Of a stretch of DNA of 22,542 nt, positions 1 through 9,691 are shown piece after piece. A model generated the notes under the pieces. It was not told the origin of the DNA and made no database searches. It worked only from the letters and a program-made list of their open reading frames with translations. Made by a program: the position numbers and the translations under genes. The first letter of the stretch is position 1. Every line of letters begins with the position of its first letter. Origin of the DNA: Tepidisphaeraceae bacterium (GTDB lineage Bacteria > Planctomycetota > Phycisphaerae > Tepidisphaerales > Tepidisphaeraceae); NCBI GenBank assembly GCA_036388295.1, contig DASVSC010000054.1:1-22542 (forward strand). The letters are read 5' to 3'.

Positions 1-29
1 GGCTCACCACGCGCCGGCCGCGCCATCGC

Positions 30-1499
30 TTAGTAGGTCATGCCGGCATCGGATTCCAGGTGGTAGCCCTGTTCGCCGTGCTGCGTGATGTCGAGGCCTT
101 CGGCCTCTTCTTCGGCCGAAACGCGGACGCCGACGATCAGGTCGACGACCTTCAGCAGGATCAGCGAGCCGACGATGGCGAACACGTACGTGATGCCAGT
201 GGCGATCAACTGGTTGATCAGGGCGTTGCCGCCTTCCAGCAGGCCGGTCTTTTCGGTGTAGGTGCCGGGCAGGTTGACGGCCCCGACGGCGAAGACGCCG
301 GTCAAGATCGCGCCCAGGGTGCCGCCGACGCCGTGCACGCCGAAGGCGTCCAGGCTGTCGTCGTACTTCAAGGCATTCTTGACGATCGTGGCAGCAATCA
401 TGCAGATCACGCCGCCGAGCAGGCCCATGATCAGGGCGTACATCGGGGTGACGTAACCGGCGGCCGGCGTGATGACGACCAGGCCCGCGACGGCGCCGCT
501 GATGGCGCCTAGGACGGTCGGCTTGCCGGTCTTGATCCACTCGGCGAAGGCCCAGCCCAGGGCGGCGGTGGCGGCGGCGAAGTGGGTGGTCACGAAGGCG
601 TTGCTCGCCAGGCCGCCGGCGCTCAGGGCGCTACCGGCGTTGAAGCCGAACCAGCCGACCCACAGCAGGGCCGCACCGATGAAAGCCAGGACGACCGAGT
701 GCGGCGGCATCGGCGTCTTGCCGTAGCCGACACGACGGCCCAGGTACAGGGCGCAGACCAGGGCGCTGACGCCCGAGCTGATGTGGACGACCGTGCCGCC
801 GGCGAAGTCGAGGGCGGGGAAGTTCGGGCCGCCGGGGGTCGGCAGCCAGGCGTTCAGCAGGCCGCCCTTGCCCCACACCATGTGGGCCATCGGGCAGTAC
901 ACGATCAGCAGCCACAGCGTGCTGAAGATGATCATGGCGCTGAACTTCATGCGTTCGGCGTACGCGCCGCAGATAAGGGCGGGCGTGATGATCGCGAACA
1001 TGCCCTGGTAAACCATCCAGGTCGTGTGCGGGATCGTCGGGGCGTACTCGACGGGGTTGATGCCCACTTCGTTCAGGAAGGCGAACCGCAGGCCGCCGAT
1101 GTAGGGGCTGCCGACGTCGAAGCACAGGCTGTAGCCGACGAGCGCCCAGACGACGGTGACGATCGCCATCAGGATGAACGACTGCATCATCGTCGCCAGC
1201 ACGTTCTTGCGACGGACCAGGCCGCCGTAGAACAGGGCCAGCGCGGGGCCGGTCATCATGAGCACGAGGGCCGAGCTGGTCAGCATCCAGGCGGTGTCGC
1301 CACTGCTGATCTTGGCGGCATCGGCCGCGATATCGACGGGCGCGATGCCGTCGGCGGCGGCGGCCGGCTCGGTGGTCGCTTCGGCGGTCGGGGCCGTGGT
1401 GGGCGACTCATTGGCCGGCTGGGCGAACGTAGTCGCCGCCAGCAGGGTCAGGGTGCAGAGCACCAGCCAAATACAGTTCTTGCGAAGGAGAGAGAGCAT
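30..1499 (-). CDS. amt: Ammonium transporter, Amt/MEP family. The likely start is the internal Met beginning MLSLLRKNCIWLVLCTLTLLAATTFAQP (signal peptide), not the extended ORF start at 1724.
   Basis: The translation of ORF 30..1724 carries multiple Amt-like transmembrane segments and conserved blocks (LALFYGGLVRRKNVL, GAYAERMKFSA, DFAGGTVVHISSG, GWFGFNAGS, DAFGVHGVGG). The Met at 1497-1499 (minus strand) is followed by a hydrophobic signal-like segment and is preceded on the minus strand by caaAGGAAcgcg. The 75 codons upstream of it are Arg/Pro-rich low-complexity sequence, typical of stop-free GC-rich non-coding DNA. Confidence 0.9.
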   Translation of the reverse strand: MLSLLRKNCIWLVLCTLTLLAATTFAQPANESPTTAPTAEATTEPAAAADGIAPVDIAADAAKISSGDTAWMLTSSALVLMMTGPALALFYGGLVRRKNVLATMMQSFILMAIVTVVWALVGYSLCFDVGSPYIGGLRFAFLNEVGINPVEYAPTIPHTTWMVYQGMFAIITPALICGAYAERMKFSAMIIFSTLWLLIVYCPMAHMVWGKGGLLNAWLPTPGGPNFPALDFAGGTVVHISSGVSALVCALYLGRRVGYGKTPMPPHSVVLAFIGAALLWVGWFGFNAGSALSAGGLASNAFVTTHFAAATAALGWAFAEWIKTGKPTVLGAISGAVAGLVVITPAAGYVTPMYALIMGLLGGVICMIAATIVKNALKYDDSLDAFGVHGVGGTLGAILTGVFAVGAVNLPGTYTEKTGLLEGGNALINQLIATGITYVFAIVGSLILLKVVDLIVGVRVSAEEEAEGLDITQHGEQGYHLESDAGMTY

Positions 1500-1702
1500 C
1501 GCGTTCCTTTGTGAAATGCCACGGGCGACCGATAAAGCCGGCAGGCGTCGTGCCGCTTTCTTCCTCGGCCGGTGGTGACGGCGTCGGGCGAAAGTGGACA
1601 GGGCAGGCACAGGTCTTTTTATCGGCCGGCCCTCAGGCGGGTCAGCCAGCACGAGACACGGACTGGTCGGTTGAGAGAGGAATACGACATTCGGGGCTGT
1701 CG

Positions 1703-1749
1703 TCGCAATCGGGCCGATTCGCAATCTGCGAGTAGGTAACTATCCTACT
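1703..1749. promoter_or_regulatory. Two candidate operator-like elements in the divergent amt / two-component intergenic region. The first is direct repeats TCGCAATC(N8)TCGCAATC embedded in the near-palindrome GCAATCGG-GCC-GATTCGC. The second is the inverted repeat AGTAGG-N7-CCTACT, 25-40 nt upstream of the kinase start.
   Basis: Read directly from the sequence. Function is not established. Confidence 0.3.
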
Positions 1750-1773
1750 GCCCACCAACCGCGTCCGCGCCGC

Positions 1774-2829
1774 ATGAATGAACTGACGATCCGATCCGAT
1801 GACATCGACGCCCCCGCCCCGTCGCCCAAGGAGGCCGGCCGCAGTGTCGTCGCCCCTTATGTGCTCGGTTTCGTGCTGATCATTGCCGCGCACGGCGTTT
1901 GGGTAATGCTGCGGACGCCGTCGGTGCCGGCCGCTTACTCCGTACTGGTCGCCGCCGTCGTGCTGACCGCGCTGTACGGTGGCTACGGCCCGGCGCTGCT
2001 GGTAACGACCTTGGCGAGCCTGGACCTGACGAGCGTGTTCGGCACCACCATCCGCAACCCGGCCACCACCGGCGATTCGACGCTGATCGTCACTTGCTCC
2101 GCCGCCGCCCTGCTCAGCGGCGCGCTGCGCCGCCCGCGCAACAGCGCCACGCGCACGCCGGCCGATCATGAACTGCTCGCCGTCGCCGAGCGCGAGCGGC
2201 AGCGTATCGGCCATGACCTACACGACGGGCTCGGGCAGGAACTGACTGGCATCTCCATGCTCGTGCGGGCGCTGGCCGAGCGGCTGCGGGCCGAAGGGTC
2301 AGCGACGACCGAACAGGCCGAGCAATTGTCCGGCCTCATCCGCGATTCGGTCCGCCACGCGCAAGATTTGGCCCACGGTTTGTCCCCGGTCGATTTGCAG
2401 GAAAACGATTTGCCGCTCGGCCTGCGGCGTCTGTGCGAGCGCACGGCCCGTTTGCCGAACGTCATGTGCGCTTTCGTCGACCGCGGCCGCTGCGCCGTCA
2501 GCCCCGGGGCGGCCGTGCATTTGTACCGCATCGCCCAGGAAGCCACCGGCAACGCCATGCGGCACGGCCGGGCACGGAACATTGTTGTTAGCCTGAACGC
2601 CACCGACATGGGCCTCACGCTCCGTGTCGCCGACGACGGCCTCGGCTTCGTGCCGCAGGACGTTTCCACCGGCCTGGGCCTGCGCCTGATGGAACACCGC
2701 GCCGCGGCCATCGGCGGCTCGCTGCACGTCGAGGGGCGCGGGTCGGGCGGCACGATCGTCACCTGCCGCGTGCCCTTGCGACGCGACCACCGTCACGCCA
2801 CCGATCGCACGGGGGCCGACAGTGGCTGA
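1774..2829 (+). CDS. Sensor histidine kinase, HisKA_3 (NarX/DesK/LiaS-like) family. It has an N-terminal polytopic membrane region and no obvious large extracytoplasmic domain.
   Basis: H-box ERERQRIGHDLHDGLGQEL (HisKA_3 type). HATPase_c motifs N-box GNAMRHGRA, DDGLGF and GLGLRLMEHRAAAIGGSL. The first ~120 aa hold three or four hydrophobic helices (VVAPYVLGFVLIIAAHGVWVML, AAYSVLVAAVVLTALYGG, STLIVTCSAAALLSGAL). ATG at 1774. Confidence 0.85.
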   Translation: MNELTIRSDDIDAPAPSPKEAGRSVVAPYVLGFVLIIAAHGVWVMLRTPSVPAAYSVLVAAVVLTALYGGYGPALLVTTLASLDLTSVFGTTIRNPATTGDSTLIVTCSAAALLSGALRRPRNSATRTPADHELLAVAERERQRIGHDLHDGLGQELTGISMLVRALAERLRAEGSATTEQAEQLSGLIRDSVRHAQDLAHGLSPVDLQENDLPLGLRRLCERTARLPNVMCAFVDRGRCAVSPGAAVHLYRIAQEATGNAMRHGRARNIVVSLNATDMGLTLRVADDGLGFVPQDVSTGLGLRLMEHRAAAIGGSLHVEGRGSGGTIVTCRVPLRRDHRHATDRTGADSG

Positions 2830-3508
2830 TCGCACAGCGGTGTTGCTGGTCGACGACCACCCGGTCCTCCGCGCGGGCCTCGCGCGTCTGCTCGAAGGCG
2901 AACCCGATTTGATCGTCTGCGGCGAAGCGGAAAACGCCGAAACCGCCCTCGCCGCCGCCGACCGACTGCGGCCCGCACTGGCCGTGGTCGACTTATCCAT
3001 GCACGGCCAGAGCAGCATCGAGTTGATACGCCGGTTGCGAACAAATCATCCGGAGTTGCGTGTGCTGGTGCTCTCCATGCACGACGAAAGCACCTGGGCC
3101 GCCCGCGTGTTGCAGGCCGGCGCGTCGGGGTACGTGATGAAACAGGACGACCCGAAGGTGCTAATCGACCGCATCCGCCAGGTCTTGCGCGGCGAGACGG
3201 CCGTCAGCCCCGCTATTGCCGCGACGCTGCTGCGTGAACTCACCTGGGGCCGCAATCCCGCCAAGCCGGCCGTCGGCGAAGACCGCCTCGGCGACCGCGA
3301 ACAGCAGGTCCTGCGCCTGCTCGGCCAGGGCAAATCGACCCGCGAGATCGCCGCCGATCTGCACATCAGCGTGAAAACCGTCGACGCCCACCGCGAGCAC
3401 ATCAAACAAAAGCTCGGCCTGAGTTCTGCGGCGGAATTGATTCGGTACGCCGTGCTGAAAGTCGAGCGCGACCCGTCGCCGGGCGGTATGAAAAGCGACT
3501 TGTTGTAG
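2822..3508 (+). CDS. Response regulator, NarL/FixJ family (REC domain plus LuxR-type HTH). It is the cognate partner of the upstream kinase.
   Basis: REC domain: VLLVDDHPVLRAGL, phospho-acceptor Asp in LAVVDLSMHG, and conserved K in GASGYVMK. LuxR HTH: LGDREQQVLRLLGQGKSTREIAADLHISVKTVDAHREHIKQKLG. The GTG start at 2822 overlaps the kinase stop (GTGGCTGA, an 8-nt overlap), indicating co-translation. Confidence 0.9.
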   Translation: MADRTAVLLVDDHPVLRAGLARLLEGEPDLIVCGEAENAETALAAADRLRPALAVVDLSMHGQSSIELIRRLRTNHPELRVLVLSMHDESTWAARVLQAGASGYVMKQDDPKVLIDRIRQVLRGETAVSPAIAATLLRELTWGRNPAKPAVGEDRLGDREQQVLRLLGQGKSTREIAADLHISVKTVDAHREHIKQKLGLSSAAELIRYAVLKVERDPSPGGMKSDLL

Positions 3509-3521
3509 CGGCGATTGCGGG

Positions 3522-4844
3522 TCAGACGTCGAGCACGGGTTGGTCTTTGCGGACTTCCAGCACGCCGTCGAGATTGTGCTGGTCGACGCCCGCCGTCGAG
3601 CCGCCGCCGGCGAGGTTGGTTGTTGTCGTCACCACGTCGCGTTCGTGGACCATGCCCATCTTGTACGCCGCGACGATGATCGAGCCGAACAGCACCATGT
3701 AAAACGCCAGGGCGTAGCGCGTGCGGACGTAGACCATGCCGATGCCGCACAGGACGAAGAACAGCGTCAGGGCGTAGCTGATGAGCACGGCCTGCTTCAC
3801 CGTGAGGCCGCGCTGCACCAACTGGTGATGAAAGTGGTGCCGGTCGGCGGAGAAGAACGGACGGCCGGCGACGTAGCGGCGGGCGAACGCCAAGCCCGTG
3901 TCCAGCACCGGCAAGGCGAACATCACCATGCCCGCCAGCAGCCACTTGGCGTTCAGTTCGCCCAGGAGCAGGATCATCAGGGCACAGAAAAAGCCCAGAA
4001 ACATGCTGCCGGCGTCGCCCATGAAGATGCTGGCGGGGTTGAAGTTGTACGGCACGAAGCCGAGGATCGCGCCGAGAAGGGCTATGGCCACGGCGATGCG
4101 GACGCCCTCGCGGTTCACGAACTCGCCGAGTGACGCCAGGCTGATGAATGCCCCCTGCTGCTGCGCGATGATGACGGCGAGGAACAAGAAGCCGGCGGCG
4201 ATGATCGCGGTCACGCCGCCGCACAAGCCGTCGAGGCCGTCCATCAGGTTCGACGCGTTGCAGCAGAAGATCACCAGCCCCAGTGCCATCAGGCTGCTGG
4301 TGGTGTAGCTGACGATCGTGCTTACGCCCGCGGGCACGGTGAAGCCGCTGTAGGCGTCGACCCGCACGATCACGTTATTGACGAAGGCGCTGGTCACGGT
4401 GGCCCCGATGCCGGACGTCAGCAGCAGCACCGCCGCCAGCACCTGGCCGGCGATTTTGATTCGCGGCGCGATGTGCCGCGTATCGTCCCACAGGCCCAGC
4501 AGCATCACGACAAAGGCCGCCACGATAATCGCCAGCGGCACACGCACGCGGTCGTCCACGCCCGGCAGCAGGTGATGGATCGTGACGAACTGCGTCATCG
4601 CCATCCCCGCCAGCCAGCCCAGAAACACCGCCACACCGCCCAAATACGCCACCGGCTGCGTGTGCAGCTTGCGCACCAGGTCGGGCTTGTCGACGATGTT
4701 GTAGTAGATGGCGACCGACCGCATCACCGGCGTGAACAGAAACGCCACGATGAACGCCACATAAAACACGTACACGTACGGCGACAACGCCTGATCGGCG
4801 CTAATCGCCTCTTTCATCACCTCGAACGGCTGGCTGGTCGGCAT
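3522..4844 (-). CDS. Polyprenyl-phosphate N-acetylhexosamine-1-phosphate transferase (WecA/TagO/MraY glycosyltransferase family 4), with a ~60-aa hydrophilic C-terminal extension.
   Basis: About ten or eleven TM helices. Family motifs are GLWDD (DDxxD-like Mg site), CNASNLMDGLDGL (NxxNxxDGxDGL) and the VPYNFNPASIFMGDAGSMFLGF block. An alternative start at MKEAIS (4817) is possible. Confidence 0.8.
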   Translation of the reverse strand: MPTSQPFEVMKEAISADQALSPYVYVFYVAFIVAFLFTPVMRSVAIYYNIVDKPDLVRKLHTQPVAYLGGVAVFLGWLAGMAMTQFVTIHHLLPGVDDRVRVPLAIIVAAFVVMLLGLWDDTRHIAPRIKIAGQVLAAVLLLTSGIGATVTSAFVNNVIVRVDAYSGFTVPAGVSTIVSYTTSSLMALGLVIFCCNASNLMDGLDGLCGGVTAIIAAGFLFLAVIIAQQQGAFISLASLGEFVNREGVRIAVAIALLGAILGFVPYNFNPASIFMGDAGSMFLGFFCALMILLLGELNAKWLLAGMVMFALPVLDTGLAFARRYVAGRPFFSADRHHFHHQLVQRGLTVKQAVLISYALTLFFVLCGIGMVYVRTRYALAFYMVLFGSIIVAAYKMGMVHERDVVTTTTNLAGGGSTAGVDQHNLDGVLEVRKDQPVLDV

Positions 4845-5091
4845 GGGGTTCGCTTAGCTTACCCGCGCGATGGCGAGCGTGCACGAACGAGGTGTCGGGA
4901 CGAGAGGGCAAGCCCGCCAGCTGCCTCGGGGCGACGCCAATTGACACTATCGGACCCTCTGCCGCAGGGCATTTCGCTGTCCCGCGGGCCCTGAATCCGC
5001 TAGAATAGAGTCGTTCTGACCACAACACGGGAACCGGGCACGGATCGCCTGGTGATTCTGCAAGGACGCCGGGGCGTCTCGCGGTCGATTC

Positions 5092-6945
5092 TTGCACATG
5101 AACGGTCCGACTCCATCTTCTTCCAATGGCCTGGACGGCAAGACGCTGGTCCTGCAGGCGGCCGACCTGGTCCAGCTGATCGGCCAGACCGTCAAGCTGA
5201 CCAAACGCGGCAACAGCTACATCGGCCTCTGCCCGTTCCACAGCGAAAAGTCGCCGTCGTTTAACGTTCATCCCGACAAAGGCTTCTACCACTGCTTCGG
5301 CTGCAAGAAGTCCGGCAATGCGATCGACTTCGTCATCGAACGCGACCGCCTGGAGTTCAAAGACGCCCTGCGGCAGTTGGCTGACCTTTATCACATCGAA
5401 CTGCCGCGCGGCGGGGGCAACCGCGAGGCGGCCGGGCTGAAGCAGTCGCTGCTCGACGCCTGCAGCGCGGCCGCCACGTTCTTCGAACAGAACCTGCAAC
5501 ACGCACAGCGCGGCCAAGCCGCCCGTGACTACCTGGCGAAGCGCGGGTTCAACGACGAAACGATTAAGCGCTTCCGCATCGGCCTGGCCCCCGACGGCTG
5601 GGACAACCTGGCCACCTCGCCACTGATGAAGAAGTTTCAGCCCAATCTGCTTTTGCAGGCCGGCCTGCTGAAGCCGCCCCGTGACAACGGCGGCCGGCCG
5701 TACGACACGTTCCGCCACCGGCTGATGTTCCCCATCCGCGACGAAGCCGGCCGGGTGATCGCCTTCGGCGGCCGGGTGATGCCCGGCAATGACAGCCCGG
5801 CGAAATACCTCAACAGCCCCGAAACGCCGTTATTCAGCAAGTCGAAGGTCGCTTACGGCCTCGACCTGGGCCGCCAGAAGATCGTCGAGACCAAAACTGT
5901 CGCCGTCGTCGAAGGCTACACCGACGTCGTGATGGCCCACCAGTTCGGCGCCAGCAACGTCATCAGCGTCCTCGGCACGGCCCTGACGGAGCAGCACGTC
6001 AACCTGCTTCGCCGCTTTGCCAGCCGAATCGTCCTGTTGTTTGATGGCGACGCCGCGGGTGATCTGGCCGTTCAGAGGGCGCTGGAGTTGTTCCTGACCC
6101 AGCCCATCGAAATCGGCATTGCCACCTTGCCGGATGGCGTCGACCCGGACGAATACCTGCTCCAGAACGGCGTGGCCGCGTTCGACCAGATGCTGGCCAA
6201 GGCCGAGGACGCGCTGTCTTTCCAATGGCGGCAGCTGTTCCGCGAACTGCAGGCGAACGAGAATGACTCCACCGCCCGCGCCAAGGCGGTCGAGTCCTAT
6301 CTGCAACGCCTCAGCGACGCCCGCGGCAGCGGCCCCGTCGACCCGATCCGCTGGGGGGCAATCCTGGCCCGCGTTGCCAAAGTGACGCAGATTCCCGCCG
6401 ACGACCTGAACCGCCGCTTCCGCGTCGCCCGACCCGCCTTTCAGCGGCCGGCTCAACATAATTCCGCCGGAGCGGTAAATAATTCCGCGCCCGCCCGGCC
6501 CCGCGTGCCCGCCGCCCGCGAGGCGGCCGAACGCTGGATCCTCGGCGGCCTGCTGCACCGTCCGTCGGCGTGGCAGGACGTGCAGCAAGTCATTGACATT
6601 GATGACTTTATGTCCGAATCGCTTCGCCCCCTGGCGGAATGGTACTGGGACCACCAACGCAACGAGGGCGAGCCCGATCTGGCCGAGGTGATTGCGTTGC
6701 TGGATTCGGGTCCGTTAAAAACCCTCGTGATCGAATTGGCCAGCGAGGCCGAAGCGATGAATAATCCGCAGACCCTGGCAGACGGAGTCGGTTTCATCCG
6801 CCGGGCCAAGGAACTGCAAGCCCAGAGCAAACTCAGCGGGCAGCTGCGGCGTAGTAAAGAAGAACGTCTCGGCGACGACTTCGAAATCGACGCCCTGCAG
6901 AAATTGCAGGATGCGACGCGGGTACGGTCCGCGGAGCACAATTGA
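5092..6945 (+). CDS. dnaG: DNA primase DnaG
   Basis: CHC2 zinc-finger CPFHSEKSPSFNVHPDKGFYHCFGCKKSGNAIDFV. The RNA-polymerase domain has the TOPRIM motifs VVEGYTDVV and LLFDGDAAGDLA. There is a C-terminal helicase-interaction-like region. The track's first codon at 5092 is TTG; an in-frame ATG lies at 5098, and either may be the real start. Confidence 0.9.
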   Translation: MHMNGPTPSSSNGLDGKTLVLQAADLVQLIGQTVKLTKRGNSYIGLCPFHSEKSPSFNVHPDKGFYHCFGCKKSGNAIDFVIERDRLEFKDALRQLADLYHIELPRGGGNREAAGLKQSLLDACSAAATFFEQNLQHAQRGQAARDYLAKRGFNDETIKRFRIGLAPDGWDNLATSPLMKKFQPNLLLQAGLLKPPRDNGGRPYDTFRHRLMFPIRDEAGRVIAFGGRVMPGNDSPAKYLNSPETPLFSKSKVAYGLDLGRQKIVETKTVAVVEGYTDVVMAHQFGASNVISVLGTALTEQHVNLLRRFASRIVLLFDGDAAGDLAVQRALELFLTQPIEIGIATLPDGVDPDEYLLQNGVAAFDQMLAKAEDALSFQWRQLFRELQANENDSTARAKAVESYLQRLSDARGSGPVDPIRWGAILARVAKVTQIPADDLNRRFRVARPAFQRPAQHNSAGAVNNSAPARPRVPAAREAAERWILGGLLHRPSAWQDVQQVIDIDDFMSESLRPLAEWYWDHQRNEGEPDLAEVIALLDSGPLKTLVIELASEAEAMNNPQTLADGVGFIRRAKELQAQSKLSGQLRRSKEERLGDDFEIDALQKLQDATRVRSAEHN

Positions 6946-7189
6946 ACGTATAATCTTTGGGCCGAACTCATGGCCCTACCGTCGTTTGTGTAGTAAAGAC
7001 TGATAGAGATTCCCAGTACCCACGGCGGGAGACCAAAAACGACCGAACGAACCCTTGCCACGAATCGAGCACGTCCAAACCAGCCGGGTACGGGTCCTTC
7101 GTCGACCCCCCGATGCACCCCTTTGGCGGCCCGCTCCGTGAAGAGCCAGTAATTCGATCGCGAACAAGATCTCCCGCTTCATAAAGAAC

Positions 7190-9049
<1,860 letters not shown>

Positions 9050-9061
9050 ACCCTTCACCGG

Positions 9062-9083
9062 CATGGCCGCTTCAGCGGCCATG
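9062..9083 (+). terminator. Perfect 9-bp palindromic stem-loop (CATGGCCGC-TTCA-GCGGCCATG), 13 nt after the rpoD stop.
   Basis: Read directly from the sequence. It has a GC-rich stem and a 4-nt loop but no U-tract, so it may be an RNA-stabilising hairpin rather than a terminator. Confidence 0.5.
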
Positions 9084-9104
9084 AACATCTTCGAAACGAC
9101 CCCG

Positions 9105-9135
9105 CCGGCGGCCCTCACGGGCCGCCGGTCTTTTT
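9105..9135 (+). terminator. Rho-independent terminator downstream of rpoD: CCGGCGGCCC-TCAC-GGGCCGCCGG followed by TCTTTTT.
   Basis: A 10-bp perfect GC stem with a 4-nt loop, immediately followed by a T-rich tract (tcttttt). Confidence 0.7.
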
Positions 9136-9232
9136 GGTCGATCACCCACCGTCAGCGAACCTACCATCCACTCCCGCCCGGCAGTGCCGACACCCGTCGG
9201 CCGACCGGGCTGAACTTCGCCGAAGGATTTCC

Positions 9233-9667
9233 ATGCCCACTGCGTCCAACGACCCCGCCGTCACGATCAAAGACGTCTCCACCGAACACGCCGGCCACGT
9301 CCTGGCCGCCGCCGTCGCCAAATCGAAGGAGCTGAACCTGAAGATGAACGTCGCCGTGGTCGACGCCGGCGGCAATCTCAAGGCGTTCGTCCGCATGGAC
9401 GGCGCGTGGCTCGGCAGCATCGACATCGCCATCAAGAAAGCCCGCACCGCCCGCTACTTCGACATGCCCACCGGCGATCTAGGCAAGGCCAGCCAGCCCG
9501 ACGGGCCGTTGTACAACATCGAAGTCAGCAACGGCGGCCTGATTACCTTCCCCGGCGGCGTGCCGCTGAAGGACGCGGACGGCACGATCATCGGCGCGAT
9601 CGGCGTCAGCGGCTCGACCGTCGAAAACGACCACACCGTGGCGACCGCCGGCGCGGCCGCCAAGTAA
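9233..9667 (+). CDS. GlcG/HbpS-like (DUF336) protein, a small soluble heme- or cofactor-binding-like protein.
   Basis: A 144-aa product starting at the internal Met [10 protein letters not shown], preceded by the RBS cgAAGGAtttcc. Conserved DUF336-like blocks: [45 protein letters not shown] and [34 protein letters not shown]. The 33 codons upstream in the track ORF are Arg/Pro-rich and unlikely to be coding. Confidence 0.75.
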   Translation: MPTASNDPAVTIKDVSTEHAGHVLAAAVAKSKELNLKMNVAVVDAGGNLKAFVRMDGAWLGSIDIAIKKARTARYFDMPTGDLGKASQPDGPLYNIEVSNGGLITFPGGVPLKDADGTIIGAIGVSGSTVENDHTVATAGAAAK

Positions 9668-9691
9668 CCCAGTCCTGGAAGGAGCGTTCCC

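Noticed and set aside
582-1514. 310-aa + strand ORF antisense to amt
   Set aside because: Gly/Arg/Asp-rich low-complexity product. amt on the − strand is unambiguous.
1560-1600. Possible sigma-54 (−24/−12) promoter for amt
   Set aside because: The only TGGCA-containing stretch (TGGCATTTCACAAAGG on the − strand) has wrong GG/GC spacing and would place the TSS at the start codon.
1500-1724. 75-codon N-terminal extension of the amt ORF (and analogous 5' extensions of ORFs 9134.., 10990.., 12320..13699 and 12054..12386)
   Set aside because: The extensions are Arg/Pro/Ser-rich and lack the hydrophobicity or motifs of the downstream protein. Each gene has a better internal start with an RBS or a stop-start overlap to its neighbour.
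3046-4224. 392-aa − strand ORF spanning the response-regulator antisense strand and out-of-frame wecA-like sequence
   Set aside because: Arg/Pro-rich nonsense translation that overlaps two well-supported genes in other frames.
4941-5006. TTGACA (4941-4946) and TAGAAT (5001-5006) hexamers upstream of dnaG as a sigma-70 promoter
   Set aside because: The two hexamers are 54 nt apart and so cannot form one −35/−10 pair. TAGAAT alone may be a −10, but this is unsupported without TSS data.
4801-5718. 305-aa − strand ORF antisense to the 5' part of dnaG, running into the wecA-dnaG intergenic region
   Set aside because: It has no motifs, and dnaG's zinc-finger region is unambiguous on the + strand.
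9063-9335. 90-aa + strand ORF in the rpoD–DUF336 intergenic region
   Set aside because: It overlaps the two terminator hairpins and gives a Pro/Thr/Ser-rich nonsense translation. It is most likely non-coding.
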